A stretch of DNA of 41,720 bases from a virus (lineage: Duplodnaviria > Heunggongvirae > Uroviricota > Caudoviricetes): IMG/VR virus record IMGVR_UViG_2923360383_000008; one strand, written 5' to 3'. The number at the start of each line of letters is the position of its first letter. Position 1 is the stretch's first letter. Made by a program: the position numbers and the translations under genes. The notes under the pieces were generated by a model. It did no database searches and was not told the DNA's origin. It saw only the letters and a list, made by a program, of their open reading frames with translations. Positions 28,009-39,078 of this stretch are shown here, in pieces.

Positions 28009-28587
28009 ATGGCCATAAAAGGTCTTGAGCAGGCCGTTGAAAACCTCAGCCGTATCAGCAAAACGGCAGTGCCTGGTGCCGCCGCAATGGCCATTAACCG
28101 CGTTGCTTCATCCGCGATATCGCAGTCGGCGTCACTGGTTGCCCGTGAGACAAAGGTACGCCGGAAACTGGTAAAGGAAAGGGCCAGGCTGAAAAGGGCC
28201 ACGGTCAAAAATCCGCAGGCCAGAATCAAAGTTAACCGGGGGGATTTGCCCGTAATCAGGCTGGGTAACGCGCGGGTTGTCCTGTCCCGACGCAGGCGTC
28301 GTAAAAAGGGGCAGCGTTCATCCCTGAAAGGTGGCGGCAGCGTGCTTGTGGTGGGAAACCGTCGTATTCCCGGCGCGTTTATTCAGCAACTGAAAAATGG
28401 CCGGTGGCATGTCATGCAGCGTGTGGCCGGGAAAAACCGTTACCCCATTGATGTGGTGAAAATCCCGATGGCGGTGCCGCTGACCACGGCGTTTAAACAG
28501 AATATTGAGCGGATACGGCGTGAGCGTCTTCCGAAAGAGCTGGGCTATGCGCTGCAGCATCAACTGAGAATGGTAATAAAGCGATGA
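28009..28587 (+). CDS. Z: Tail completion protein Z
   Basis: 192 aa from MAIKGLEQ; position after FII; lambda gpZ size. Confidence 0.85.
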   Translation: MAIKGLEQAVENLSRISKTAVPGAAAMAINRVASSAISQSASLVARETKVRRKLVKERARLKRATVKNPQARIKVNRGDLPVIRLGNARVVLSRRRRRKKGQRSSLKGGGSVLVVGNRRIPGAFIQQLKNGRWHVMQRVAGKNRYPIDVVKIPMAVPLTTAFKQNIERIRRERLPKELGYALQHQLRMVIKR

Positions 28588-28979
28588 AACATACTGAACT
28601 CCGTGCAGCCGTACTGGATGCACTGGAGAAGCATGACACCGGGGCGACGCTTTTTGATGGTCGCCCTGCTGTTTTTGATGAGGAAGATTTTCCGGCAATT
28701 GCCGTTTATCTCACCGGCGCTGAATACACGGGCGAAGAGCTGGACAGCGATACCTGGCAGGCGGAGCTGCATATTGAAGTTTTCCTGCCTGCTCAGGTGC
28801 CGGATTCAGAGCTGGATTCGTGGATGGAGTCCCGGATTTATCCGGTGATGAGCGATATCCCGGCACTGTCAGATTTGATCACCAGTATGGTGGCCAGTGG
28901 CTATGACTACCGGCGCGACGATGATGCGGGCCTGTGGAGTTCAGCCGATCTGACTTATGTCATTACCTATGAAATGTGA
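28584..28979 (+). CDS. U: Tail terminator protein U
   Basis: 131 aa [43 protein letters not shown]... matches lambda gpU; ATGA overlap. Confidence 0.9.
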   Translation: MKHTELRAAVLDALEKHDTGATLFDGRPAVFDEEDFPAIAVYLTGAEYTGEELDSDTWQAELHIEVFLPAQVPDSELDSWMESRIYPVMSDIPALSDLITSMVASGYDYRRDDDAGLWSSADLTYVITYEM

Positions 28980-28986
28980 GGACGAT

Positions 28987-29727
28987 ATGCCAACACCAAA
29001 TCCTCGGGCACCGGTGAAAGGGGCCGGGACCACACTGTGGGTTTATAACGGGAGCGGCGACCCTTATGCAAACCCGCTTTCAGACAATGACTGGTCGCGT
29101 CTGGCAAAAATTAAAGACCTGACGCCCGGCGAACTGACCGCTGAGTCCTATGACGACAGTTATCTCGATGATGAAGATGCGGACTGGACCGCGACCGGGC
29201 AGGGGCAGAAATCCGCCGGAGATACCAGCTTCACGCTGGCGTGGATGCCCGGAGAGCAGGGGCAGCAGGCGCTGCTGGCGTGGTTTAATGAAGGTGATAC
29301 CCGTGCCTATAAAATCCGCTTCCCGAACGGCACGGTCGATGTGTTCCGTGGCTGGGTCAGCAGTATCGGTAAGGCGGTGACGGCGAAGGAAGTGATCACC
29401 CGTACGGTGAAGGTCACCAATGTGGGCCGTCCGTCAATGGCAGAAGATCGCAGTACGGTGACGGCGGCAACCGGTATGACCGTGACGCCTGCCAGCTCCT
29501 CGGTGGTGAAAGGGCAGAGCACCACGCTGACCGTGGCCTTCCAGCCGGAGGGCGCAACTGACAAGAGCTTCCGTGCGGTGTCAGCGGATAAAACAAAAGC
29601 CACCGTGTCGGTCAGTGGTATGACCATCACCGTGAACGGCGTTGCTGCAGGCAAGGTCAACATTCCGGTTGTATCCGGTAATGGTGAACTTGCTGCGGTT
29701 GCAGAAATCACTGTCACCGACAGTTAA
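28987..29727 (+). CDS. V: Major tail protein V (with C-terminal Ig-like domain)
   Basis: 246 aa from [20 protein letters not shown]; matches lambda gpV. Confidence 0.95.
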   Translation: MPTPNPRAPVKGAGTTLWVYNGSGDPYANPLSDNDWSRLAKIKDLTPGELTAESYDDSYLDDEDADWTATGQGQKSAGDTSFTLAWMPGEQGQQALLAWFNEGDTRAYKIRFPNGTVDVFRGWVSSIGKAVTAKEVITRTVKVTNVGRPSMAEDRSTVTAATGMTVTPASSSVVKGQSTTLTVAFQPEGATDKSFRAVSADKTKATVSVSGMTITVNGVAAGKVNIPVVSGNGELAAVAEITVTDS

Positions 29728-29742
29728 TCCGGAGAGTCAGCG

Positions 29743-30165
29743 ATGTTCCTGAAAACCGAATCATTTGAACATAACGGCGTGACCGTCACGCTTTCTGAAC
29801 TGTCAGCCCTGCAGCGTATTGAGCATCTCGCCCTGATGAAACAGCAGGCAGAACAGGCGGAGTCAGACAGCAACCGGCAGGTTACTGTGGAAGACGCCAT
29901 CAGAACCGGTGCTTTTGTGGTGGCGATGTCCCTGTGGCATAACCATCCGCAGAAGACAAAGCAGCCTTCCATGAATGAAGCCGTTAAACAGATTGAGCAG
30001 GAAGTGCTTACCACCTGGCCCGCGGAGGCAATTTCTCATGCTGAAAACGTGGTGTACCGGCTGTCCGGTATGTATGGGTTTGTGGTGAATGATGCCCCTG
30101 ACCAGGCAGAGGACTCCGGGCCTGCAGAGCCTGTTTCTGCGGGAAAGTGTTCGACGGTGAGCTGA
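29743..30165 (+). CDS. G: Tail assembly chaperone G
   Basis: 140 aa; ends shortly after slippery heptamer GGGAAAG. Confidence 0.9.
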   Translation: MFLKTESFEHNGVTVTLSELSALQRIEHLALMKQQAEQAESDSNRQVTVEDAIRTGAFVVAMSLWHNHPQKTKQPSMNEAVKQIEQEVLTTWPAEAISHAENVVYRLSGMYGFVVNDAPDQAEDSGPAEPVSAGKCSTVS

Positions 30166-30581
30166 GTTTTGCCCTGAAACTGGCGCGAGAGATGGGGCGA
30201 CCTGACTGGCGCGCCATGCTTGCCGGGATGTCATCCACGGAGTATGCCGACTGGCACCGCTTTTACAGTACCCATTATTTTCATGATGTTCTGCTGAATA
30301 TGCACTTTTCCGGGCTGACGTACACTGTGCTCAGCCTGTTTTTCAGCGATCCGGATATGCATCCGCTGGATTTCAGTTTGCTGAACCGGCGTGAGGATGA
30401 CGAAGAGCCTGAAGATGATGTGCTGATGCAGAAAGCGGCAGGGCTTACCGGAGGCGTCCGCTTTGACCCGGACGGAAATGAAGTTATCCCCGCTTCCCCG
30501 GATATGGCGGGCATGACGGAGGATGACGTAATGCTGATGACAGTATCAGAAGGGATCGCAGGAGGAGTCCGGTATGGCTGA
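29743..30581 (+). CDS. Tail assembly chaperone G-T fusion (by -1 programmed frameshift)
   Basis: T frame (30147..30581) is open in the -1 frame from the slippery site to just past H start; conserved lambdoid G/GT arrangement. Confidence 0.8.
30141..30147 (+). promoter_or_regulatory. -1 programmed ribosomal frameshift slippery site G GGA AAG
   Basis: Heptamer GGGAAAG in G frame as G-GGA-AAG, 6 codons before G stop. Confidence 0.75.
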
Positions 30582-33135
30582 ACCGGTAGGCGATCTGGTC
30601 GTTGATTTAAGTCTGGATGCGGCCAGATTTGACGAGCAGATGGCCAGAGTCAGGCGTCATTTTTCCGGTACGGAAAGTGATGCGAAAAAAACAGCGGCAG
30701 TCGTTGAACAGTCGCTGAGCCGACAGGCGCTGGCTGCACAGAAAGCGGGGATTTCCGTCGGGCAGTATAAAGCCGCCATGCGTATGCTGCCTGCACAGTT
30801 CACCGACGTGGCCACGCAGCTTGCAGGCGGGCAAAGCCCGTGGCTGATCCTGCTGCAACAGGGTGGTCAGGTTAAGGACTCCTTCGGCGGGATGATCCCC
30901 ATGTTCCGGGGGCTTGCCGGTGCGATCACCCTGCCGATGGTCGGGGCCACCTCGCTGGCGGTGGCGACCGGTGCGCTGGCGTATGCCTGGTATCAGGGTA
31001 ACTCAACCCTGTCCGATTTCAACAAAACGCTGGTCCTTTCCGGCAATCAGTCGGGTCTGACGGCAGATCGTATGCTGGTCCTGTCCAGAGCCGGGCAGGC
31101 GGCAGGGCTGACGTTTAACCAGACCAGCGAGTCACTCAGCGCACTGGTTAAGGCGGGAGTAAGCGGTGAGGCTCAGATTGCATCCATCAGCCAGAGTGTG
31201 GCGCGTTTCTCCTCTGCATCCGGCGTGGAGGTGGACAAGGTCGCTGAAGCCTTCGGGAAGCTGACCACTGACCCGACGTCGGGGCTGACGGCGATGGCGC
31301 GCCAGTTCCATAACGTAACGGCGGAGCAGATTGCGTATGTTGCTCAGTTGCAGCGTTCCGGCGATGAATCCGGGGCATTGCAGGCGGCGAACGAGGCCGC
31401 AACGAAAGGGTTTGATGACCAGACCCGACGCCTGAAAGAGAACATGGGCACGCTGGAAACCTGGGCAGACAGGACAGCACGGGCATTCAAATCCATGTGG
31501 GATGCGGTGCTGGATATTGGTCGTCCTGATACCGCTCAGGAGATGCTGATTAAGGCAGAGGCTGCGTTTAAGAAAGCGGACGACATCTGGAATCTGCGCA
31601 AGGATGATTATTTTGTTAACGATGAAGCGCGGGCGCGTTACTGGGATGATCGTGAAAAGGCCCGTCTTGCGCTTGAAGCCGCCCGAAAGAAGGCTGAACA
31701 GCAGAGTCAACAGGACAAAAATGCGCAGCAGCAGAGCGATACCGAAGCATCACGGCTGAAATATACCGAAGAGGCGCAGAAGGCTTACGAACGGCTGCAG
31801 ACACCGCTGGAGAAATATACCGCCCGTCAGGAAGAACTGAACAAGGCACTGAAAGACGGGAAAATCCTGCAGGCAGATTACAACACGCTGATGGCGGCGG
31901 CGAAAAAGGATTATGAAGCGACGCTGAAAAAGCCGAAACAGTCCGGCGTGAAGGTGTCTGCGGGCGATCGTCAGGAAGACAGTGCTCATGCTGCCCTGCT
32001 GACGCTTCAGGCTGAACTCCGGACGCTGGAGAAGCATGCCGGAGCAAATGAGAAAATCAGCCAGCAGCGCCGGGATTTGTGGAAGGCGGAGAGTCAGTTC
32101 GCGGTACTGGAGGAGGCGGCGCAACGTCGCCAGCTGTCTGCACAGGAGAAATCCCTGCTGGCGCATAAAGATGAGACGCTGGAGTACAAACGCCAGCTGG
32201 CTGCACTTGGCGACAAGGTTACGTATCAGGAGCGCCTGAACGCGCTGGCGCAGCAGGCGGATAAATTCGCACAGCAGCAACGGGCAAAACGGGCCGCTAT
32301 TGATGCGAAAAGCCGGGGGCTGACTGACCGGCAGGCAGAACGGGAAGCCACGGAACAGCGCCTGAAGGAACAGTATGGCGATAATCCTCTGGCGCTGAAT
32401 AACGTCATGTCAGAGCAGAAAAAGACCTGGGCGGCTGAAGACCTGCTTCGCGGGAACTGGATGGCAGGCCTGAAGTCCGGCTGGAGTGAGTGGGAAGAGA
32501 GTGCCACGGACAGTATGTCGCAGGTTAAAAGTGCTGCCACGCAGACCTTTGATGGTATTGCGCAGAATATGGCGGCGATGCTGACCGGCAGTGAACAGAA
32601 CTGGCGCAGCTTCACCCGTTCCGTGCTGTCCATGATGACAGAAATTCTGCTTAAGCAGGCAATGGTGGGGATTGTCGGGAGTATCGGCAGCGCTATTGGC
32701 GGGGCTGTTGGTGGCGGCGCATCCGCGTCAGGCGGTACAGCCATTCAGGCCGCTGCGGCGAAACTCCATTTTGCAACCGGAGGATTTACGGGAACCGGCG
32801 GCAAATATGAGCCAGCGGGGATTGTTCACCGTGGTGAATTTGTCTTCACGAAGGAGGCAACCAGCCGGATTGGCGTGGGAAATCTCTACCGGCTGATGCG
32901 CGGCTATGCCACCGGCGGTTATGTCGGTGGCACCGGAAGTCCGGCGCAAATGCGGCGTTCAGAGGGTATCAGGTTTGAGCAGAACAACAACGTGGTGATT
33001 CAGAACGACGGTACGAATGGTCTGCCAGGTCCACAGATGATGAAGGCGGTGTATGACATGGCCCGCAAGGGTGCCCGTGATGAAATCCAGGCACAGATGC
33101 GCGATGGTGGTCTGTTCTCCGGAGGTGGACGATGA
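30574..33135 (+). CDS. H: Tape measure protein H
   Basis: 853 aa, the length of lambda gpH; coiled-coil-rich centre; position between G/T and M. Confidence 0.95.
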   Translation: MAEPVGDLVVDLSLDAARFDEQMARVRRHFSGTESDAKKTAAVVEQSLSRQALAAQKAGISVGQYKAAMRMLPAQFTDVATQLAGGQSPWLILLQQGGQVKDSFGGMIPMFRGLAGAITLPMVGATSLAVATGALAYAWYQGNSTLSDFNKTLVLSGNQSGLTADRMLVLSRAGQAAGLTFNQTSESLSALVKAGVSGEAQIASISQSVARFSSASGVEVDKVAEAFGKLTTDPTSGLTAMARQFHNVTAEQIAYVAQLQRSGDESGALQAANEAATKGFDDQTRRLKENMGTLETWADRTARAFKSMWDAVLDIGRPDTAQEMLIKAEAAFKKADDIWNLRKDDYFVNDEARARYWDDREKARLALEAARKKAEQQSQQDKNAQQQSDTEASRLKYTEEAQKAYERLQTPLEKYTARQEELNKALKDGKILQADYNTLMAAAKKDYEATLKKPKQSGVKVSAGDRQEDSAHAALLTLQAELRTLEKHAGANEKISQQRRDLWKAESQFAVLEEAAQRRQLSAQEKSLLAHKDETLEYKRQLAALGDKVTYQERLNALAQQADKFAQQQRAKRAAIDAKSRGLTDRQAEREATEQRLKEQYGDNPLALNNVMSEQKKTWAAEDLLRGNWMAGLKSGWSEWEESATDSMSQVKSAATQTFDGIAQNMAAMLTGSEQNWRSFTRSVLSMMTEILLKQAMVGIVGSIGSAIGGAVGGGASASGGTAIQAAAAKLHFATGGFTGTGGKYEPAGIVHRGEFVFTKEATSRIGVGNLYRLMRGYATGGYVGGTGSPAQMRRSEGIRFEQNNNVVIQNDGTNGLPGPQMMKAVYDMARKGARDEIQAQMRDGGLFSGGGR

Positions 33136-33461
33136 AAACCTTCCGCTGGAAAGTGAAACCCGGGATGGATGTGACATCGGCTCCTTCCGTCAGGGAGGTG
33201 CGCTTTGGTGATGGCTATTCCCAGCGTGCGCCTGCCGGGCTGAACGCTGACCTGAAAACGTACAGCGTGACGCTGTCTGTCTCCCGTGAGGAGGCCACGG
33301 CGCTGGAGTCGTTTCTGGCTGAGCACGGGGGCTGGAAGGCCTTTCTGTGGACGCCGCCTTATGGTTACAGGCAGATAAAGGTGACCTGCGCAAAATGGTC
33401 GTCGCGGGTCAGTATGCTGCGTGTTGAGTTCAGCGCAGAGTTTGAACAGGTGGTGAACTGA
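33132..33461 (+). CDS. M: Tail tip protein M
   Basis: 109 aa; ATGA overlap with H; lambda gpM size and position. Confidence 0.9.
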   Translation: MKTFRWKVKPGMDVTSAPSVREVRFGDGYSQRAPAGLNADLKTYSVTLSVSREEATALESFLAEHGGWKAFLWTPPYGYRQIKVTCAKWSSRVSMLRVEFSAEFEQVVN

Positions 33462-34159
33462 TGCAGGATATCCGGCAGGAAACATTGAATGAATGCACCC
33501 GTGCGGAGCAGTCGGCCAGCGTGGTGCTCTGGGAAATCGATCTGACAGAGGTCGGTGGAGAACGTTATTTTTTCTGTAATGAGCAGAACGAAAAAGGTGA
33601 GCCGGTCACCTGGCAGGGGCGACAGTATCAGCCGTATCCCATTCAGGGGAGTAGTTTTGAACTGAATGGCAAAGGCACCAGTACGCGCCCCACGCTGACG
33701 GTTTCTAACCTGTACGGTATGGTCACCGGGATGGTGGAAGATCTGCAGAGTCTGGTCGGCGGAACGGTGGTCAGGCGTAAGGTTTACGCCCGTTTTCTGG
33801 ATGCGGTGAACTTCGTCAACGGAAACAGCGACGCCGATCCGGAGCAGGAGGTGATCAGCCGCTGGCGCATCGAGCAGTGCAGCGAACTGAGTGCGGTCAG
33901 TGCCTCCTTTGTACTGTCCACACCGACGGAAACGGATGGTGCCGTTTTTCCGGGGCGCATCATGCTGGCTAATACCTGCACCTGGACCTATCGCGGTGAT
34001 GAGTGCGGTTATCACGGTCCGGCGGTCGCGGATGAATATGATCAGCCGACTTCCGATATCACGAAGGATAAATGCAGCAAATGCCTGAGCGGCTGTAAGT
34101 TTCGCAATAACGTCGGCAACTTTGGCGGCTTCCTTTCCATTAACAAACTTTCGCAGTAA
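33461..34159 (+). CDS. L: Tail tip protein L
   Basis: 232 aa; C-terminal Cys cluster (CSKCLSGCKF); lambda gpL size. Confidence 0.9.
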   Translation: MQDIRQETLNECTRAEQSASVVLWEIDLTEVGGERYFFCNEQNEKGEPVTWQGRQYQPYPIQGSSFELNGKGTSTRPTLTVSNLYGMVTGMVEDLQSLVGGTVVRRKVYARFLDAVNFVNGNSDADPEQEVISRWRIEQCSELSAVSASFVLSTPTETDGAVFPGRIMLANTCTWTYRGDECGYHGPAVADEYDQPTSDITKDKCSKCLSGCKFRNNVGNFGGFLSINKLSQ

Positions 34160-34164
34160 ATCCC

Positions 34165-34908
34165 ATGACAGAGACAGAATCAGCGATTCTGGCGCATGCC
34201 CGGCGATGTGCGCCAGCGGAGTCGTGCGGCTTCGTGGTGAGAGCGCCGGAGGGGGAAAGATATTTTCCCTGCGTGAATATCTCCGGTGAGCCGGAGGCGT
34301 ATTTCCGGATGGCTCCGGAGGACTGGCTGCAGGCAGAGATGCAGGGTGAGATTGTGGCGCTGGTCCACAGTCATCCCGGTGGTCTGCCCTGGCTGAGTGA
34401 GGCCGACCGGCGGCTGCAGGTGCAGAGTGATTTGCCGTGGTGGCTGGTCTGCCGGGGGGCGATTCATAAGTTCCGCTGTGTGCCGCATCTCACCGGGCGG
34501 CGCTTTGAGCACGGGGTGACGGACTGTTACACGCTGTTCCGGGACGCTTACCATCTGGCGGGGATTGAGATGCCGGACTTTCATCGTGAGGATGACTGGT
34601 GGCGTAACGGCCAGAATCTCTATCTTGATAATCTGGAGGCCACAGGGCTGTATCAGGTGCCGTTGTCAGCGGCGCAGCCGGGCGATGTGCTGCTGTGCTG
34701 CTTTGGTTCATCGGTGCCGAATCATGCCGCTATTTACTGTGGTGACGGCGAGCTGCTGCACCATATTCCTGAACAACTGAGTAAACGAGAGAGGTATACC
34801 GACAAATGGCAGCGACGCACACACTCCCTCTGGCGTCACCGGGCATGGCGCGCATCTGCCTTTACGGGGATTTACAACGATTTGGCCGCCGCATCGACCT
34901 TCGTGTGA
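34165..34908 (+). CDS. K: Tail tip assembly protein K (JAMM/MPN + NlpC/P60-like)
   Basis: JAMM motif HSHPGGLPWLSEAD (HxHx7Sx2D) and Cys/His pair (DCYTLF...H) typical of gpK. Confidence 0.85.
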   Translation: MTETESAILAHARRCAPAESCGFVVRAPEGERYFPCVNISGEPEAYFRMAPEDWLQAEMQGEIVALVHSHPGGLPWLSEADRRLQVQSDLPWWLVCRGAIHKFRCVPHLTGRRFEHGVTDCYTLFRDAYHLAGIEMPDFHREDDWWRNGQNLYLDNLEATGLYQVPLSAAQPGDVLLCCFGSSVPNHAAIYCGDGELLHHIPEQLSKRERYTDKWQRRTHSLWRHRAWRASAFTGIYNDLAAASTFV

Positions 34909-35477
34909 AAACGGGGGCTGAAGCCATCCGCGCACTGGCCACACAGCTCCCGGTGTTTCGTCAGAAACTGAGCGACGGCTGGTATCAGGTACGGATTGCC
35001 GGGCGGGACGTCAGCACGTCCGGGTTAACGGCGCAGTTACATGAGACTCTGCCTGATGGCGCTGTGATTCATATTGTTCCCAGAGTCGCCGGGGCCAAGT
35101 CAGGTGGCGTATTCCAGATTGTCCTGGGGGCTGCCGCCATTGCCGGATCATTCTTTACCGCCGGAGCCACCCTTGCAGCATGGGGGGCAGCCATTGGGGC
35201 CGGTGGTATGACCGGCATCCTGTTTTCTCTCGGTGCCAGTATGGTGCTCGGTGGTGTGGCGCAGATGCTGGCACCGAAAGCCAGAACTCCCCGTACACAG
35301 ACAACGGATAACGGCAAACAGAACACCTATTTCTCCTCACTGGATAACATGGTTGCCCAGGGCAATGTTCTGCCGGTTCTGTACGGTGAAATGCGCGTGG
35401 GGTCACGCGTGGTTTCTCAGGAGATCAGCACGGCAGACGAAGGGGATGGTGGTCAGGTTGTGGTGATTGGTCGCTGA
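34806..35477 (+). CDS. I: Tail tip assembly protein I
   Basis: 223 aa, ubiquitin-like N-terminus then Gly/Ala-rich hydrophobic region; overlaps K end as in lambda. Confidence 0.85.
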   Translation: MAATHTLPLASPGMARICLYGDLQRFGRRIDLRVKTGAEAIRALATQLPVFRQKLSDGWYQVRIAGRDVSTSGLTAQLHETLPDGAVIHIVPRVAGAKSGGVFQIVLGAAAIAGSFFTAGATLAAWGAAIGAGGMTGILFSLGASMVLGGVAQMLAPKARTPRTQTTDNGKQNTYFSSLDNMVAQGNVLPVLYGEMRVGSRVVSQEISTADEGDGGQVVVIGR

Positions 35478-35537
35478 TGCAAAATGTTTTATGTGAAACC
35501 GCCTCCGGGCGGTTTTATCGTTTATGGAGCATGAGGA

Positions 35538-38500
35538 ATGGGTAAAGGCAGCAGTAAGGGGCATACCCCGCGCGAAGCGAAGGACAACCTGAAATCATCC
35601 CAGATGCTGAGCGTGATAGACGCCATCAGCGAAGGGCCGGTTGAAGGTCCGGTGGATGGATTAAAAAGCGTGCTGCTGAACAGTACGCCGGTGCTGGACA
35701 GTGAGGGGAATACCAATATATTCGGCGTCACGGTGGTGTTCCGGGCCGGTGAGCAGGAGCAGACTCCGCCGGAGGGATTTGAATCCTCCGGCTCCGAGAC
35801 GGTGCTCGGTACAGAAGTGAAATATGACACGCCGATCACCCGGACCATCACGTCGGCAAACATTGACCGTCTGCGTTTTACTTTCGGCGTGCAGGCACTG
35901 GTGGAAACCACCTCAAAGGGGGACAGGAATCCATCGGAAGTCCGCCTGCTGGTTCAGATTCAACGTAACGGTGGCTGGGTGACGGAAAAAGACATCACCA
36001 TTAAGGGCAAAACCACGTCGCAGTATCTGGCCTCGGTGGTGGTGGATAACCTGCCGCCGCGCCCGTTTAATATCCGGATGCGCAGGATGACGCCGGACAG
36101 CACCACAGACCAGTTGCAGAACAAAACGCTCTGGTCGTCATACACCGAAATCATCGATGTGAAACAGTGCTACCCGAACACGGCACTGGTCGGCGTACAG
36201 GTGGACTCGGAGCAGTTCGGCAGCCAGCAGGTGAGCCGTAATTATCATCTTCGCGGGCGCATTCTGCAGGTGCCGTCGAACTATAACCCGCAGACGCGGC
36301 AATACAGCGGTATCTGGGACGGAACGTTTAAGCCAGCATACAGCAACAACATGGCCTGGTGTCTGTGGGATATGCTGACCCATCCGCGCTACGGCATGGG
36401 GAAACGTCTTGGTGCGGCAGATGTGGATAAATGGGCGCTGTATGTCATCGGCCAGAATTGCGACCAGTCAGTGCCGGACGGCTTTGGCGGCACGGAGCCG
36501 CGCATCACCTGTAATGCGTACCTGACCACACAGCGCAAGGCGTGGGATGTGCTCAGTGATTTTTGCTCGGCGATGCGCTGTATGCCGGTATGGAACGGGC
36601 AGACGCTGACATTCGTGCAGGACCGACCGTCGGATAAGGTGTGGACCTATAACCGCAGTAATGTGGTGATGCCGGATGATGGCGCGCCGTTCCGCTACAG
36701 CTTCAGCGCCCTGAAAGACCGCCATAATGCCGTTGAGGTGAACTGGATTGACCCGGATAACGGCTGGGAGACGGCGACAGAGCTTGTGGAGGACACGCAG
36801 GCCATTGCCCGTTACGGTCGTAACGTCACGAAGATGGATGCCTTTGGCTGTACCAGCCGGGGGCAGGCACACCGCGCCGGGCTGTGGCTGATTAAAACGG
36901 AGCTGCTGGAAACGCAGACCGTGGACTTCAGCGTGGGTGCAGAAGGGCTTCGCCATGTACCGGGCGATGTCATTGAAATCTGTGATGATGACTATGCGGG
37001 GATCAGCATCGGCGGGCGCGTGCTGGCGGTGAACAACCAGACGCGGACACTGACGCTCGACCGTGAAATCACGCTGCCATCCTCCGGCACCACGCTGATA
37101 AGCCTGGCTGACGGACAGGGGAATCCGGTCAGCGTGGAGGTCCAGTCCGTCACCGACGGCGTGAAGGTAAAAGTGAGCCGTGTTCCTGACGGCGTTGCAG
37201 AATACAGCGTGTGGGGGCTGAAGTTGCCAACGTTGCGCCAGCGCCTGTTCCGCTGTGTGAGTATCCGTGAGAACGATGACGGCACGTATGCCATCACTGC
37301 CGTGCAGCATGTACCGGAAAAAGAGGCCATCGTGGATAACGGGGCGCACTTTGACGGCGACCAGAGCGGCACGGTGAATGGTGTCACGCCGCCAGCGGTG
37401 CAGCACCTGACTGCCGAAGTCACCGCAGACAGCGGGGAATATCAGGTGCTGGCGCGCTGGGACACGCCGAAGGTGGTGAAGGGGGTGAGCTTTATGCTTC
37501 GCCTGACCGTGGCAGCGGATGACGGCAGTGAGCGGCTGGTCAGCACGGCCCGGACGACGGAAACCACATACCGCTTCAGGCAACTGGCGCTGGGGAACTA
37601 CAGGCTGACAGTCCGGGCGGTAAATGCGTGGGGGCAGCAGGGCGATCCGGCATCGGTATCGTTCCGGATTGCCGCACCGGCAGCGCCGTCGCAGATTGAG
37701 CTGACACCGGGGTATTTTCAGATAACCGCCACGCCGCATCTTGCGGTTTATGATCCGACGGTACAGTTTGAGTTCTGGTTCTCGGAAAAGCGGATTGCGG
37801 ATATCAGGCAGGTTGAAACCACAGCACGCTATCTTGGCACGGCGCTGTACTGGATAGCCGCCAGTATCAATATCAAACCGGGCCATGATTATTATTTTTA
37901 CATCCGCAGTGTGAACACCGTTGGCAAATCGGCATTTGTGGAGGCTGTTGGCCAGCCGAGTGATGATGCATCCGGCTATCTGAATTTTTTCAAAGGAGAG
38001 ATAGGGAAAACCCATCTGGCTCAGGAGTTGTGGACGCAGATTGATAACGGTCAGCTTGCGCCTGACCTGGCTGAAATCAGGACGTCCATTACGGGTGTCA
38101 GCAATGAAATCACGCAGACCGTCAATAAGAAACTGGAAGACCAGAGTGCAGCGATCCAGCAGATACAGAAGGTTCAGGTTGATACAAATAATAACCTGAA
38201 CAGCATGTGGGCTGTGAAGCTGCAGCAGATGCAGGACGGACGCCTTTATATCGCGGGTATTGGTGCCGGTGTTGAGAATACTCCTGACGGTATGCAGAGT
38301 CAGGTGCTGCTGGCGGCGGACAGGATTGCGATGATTAATCCTGCGAATGGCAACACAAAGCCGATGTTTGTTGGGCAGGGCGATCAGATATTCATGAACG
38401 AAGTGTTCCTGAAATATCTGACGGCTCCCACCATTACCAGCGGTGGCAATCCCCCAACGTTTTCACTGACACCTGATGGTCGACTTTCTGCGAAAAATGC

Positions 38501-39020
38501 GGATATCAGCGGTAACGTGAACGCGAACTCCGGGACGCTCAACAACGTCACGATTAATCAGAACTGTCGGATTCTGGGAAAACTGTCAGCTAACCAGATT
38601 GAAGGTGATATTGTCAAAACGGTGGGAAAAGCCTTTCCGAGAAATGGCAGTTATGCCAGCGGTACAATAACGGTCACTGTGTACGATGACCAGGCTTTTG
38701 ACCGTCAGATAGTAGTCCCCCCCGTTCTGTTTCGTGGGGGTAAGCATGAAAACTTCAACAGCAACAACCAACAGTCATACTGGTATTCAACCTGTAAGCT
38801 GCAGGTACTGAAGAACGGACAGGAAATCTTTCAGCAACCCGCGACGGATGTCAGCAGGGTATTTTCATCAGTCATTGATATGCCTGCCGGACACGGCCAT
38901 GTCACCCTGACTTTCAATGTTTCTTCATATGGTGCTAATAACTGGACGCCAACGACCAGTATCAGCGACCTTCTTGTTGTTGTGATGAAGAAATCTACAG
39001 CCGGTATCAGTATCAGTTGA
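35538..39020 (+). CDS. J: Central tail fibre / host specificity protein J
   Basis: 1160 aa; N-terminal [24 protein letters not shown]... and fibronectin-type repeats parallel lambda gpJ. Confidence 0.95.
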   Translation: MGKGSSKGHTPREAKDNLKSSQMLSVIDAISEGPVEGPVDGLKSVLLNSTPVLDSEGNTNIFGVTVVFRAGEQEQTPPEGFESSGSETVLGTEVKYDTPITRTITSANIDRLRFTFGVQALVETTSKGDRNPSEVRLLVQIQRNGGWVTEKDITIKGKTTSQYLASVVVDNLPPRPFNIRMRRMTPDSTTDQLQNKTLWSSYTEIIDVKQCYPNTALVGVQVDSEQFGSQQVSRNYHLRGRILQVPSNYNPQTRQYSGIWDGTFKPAYSNNMAWCLWDMLTHPRYGMGKRLGAADVDKWALYVIGQNCDQSVPDGFGGTEPRITCNAYLTTQRKAWDVLSDFCSAMRCMPVWNGQTLTFVQDRPSDKVWTYNRSNVVMPDDGAPFRYSFSALKDRHNAVEVNWIDPDNGWETATELVEDTQAIARYGRNVTKMDAFGCTSRGQAHRAGLWLIKTELLETQTVDFSVGAEGLRHVPGDVIEICDDDYAGISIGGRVLAVNNQTRTLTLDREITLPSSGTTLISLADGQGNPVSVEVQSVTDGVKVKVSRVPDGVAEYSVWGLKLPTLRQRLFRCVSIRENDDGTYAITAVQHVPEKEAIVDNGAHFDGDQSGTVNGVTPPAVQHLTAEVTADSGEYQVLARWDTPKVVKGVSFMLRLTVAADDGSERLVSTARTTETTYRFRQLALGNYRLTVRAVNAWGQQGDPASVSFRIAAPAAPSQIELTPGYFQITATPHLAVYDPTVQFEFWFSEKRIADIRQVETTARYLGTALYWIAASINIKPGHDYYFYIRSVNTVGKSAFVEAVGQPSDDASGYLNFFKGEIGKTHLAQELWTQIDNGQLAPDLAEIRTSITGVSNEITQTVNKKLEDQSAAIQQIQKVQVDTNNNLNSMWAVKLQQMQDGRLYIAGIGAGVENTPDGMQSQVLLAADRIAMINPANGNTKPMFVGQGDQIFMNEVFLKYLTAPTITSGGNPPTFSLTPDGRLSAKNADISGNVNANSGTLNNVTINQNCRILGKLSANQIEGDIVKTVGKAFPRNGSYASGTITVTVYDDQAFDRQIVVPPVLFRGGKHENFNSNNQQSYWYSTCKLQVLKNGQEIFQQPATDVSRVFSSVIDMPAGHGHVTLTFNVSSYGANNWTPTTSISDLLVVVMKKSTAGISIS

Positions 39021-39039
39021 ATTTTATAACCCAGATACG

Positions 39040-39065
39040 GGCGCCAGAAATGGCGCCTTTTTTAT
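39040..39065 (+). terminator. Intrinsic terminator between J and side tail fibre gene
   Basis: 7-bp GC-rich stem GGCGCCA-gaaa-TGGCGCC followed by TTTTTTTATTT. Confidence 0.55.
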
Positions 39066-39078
39066 TTGTGGAGTGAAT

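Noticed and set aside
36468-38015. 515-aa minus-strand ORF inside J, and similar long antisense ORFs inside A (20845..21645), H (31132..32744) and M/L (33365..34015)
   Set aside because: They lie entirely within confidently identified high-GC structural genes on the opposite strand, have Arg/Pro/Ala-rich low-complexity translations typical of shadow ORFs, and have no RBS or operon context.
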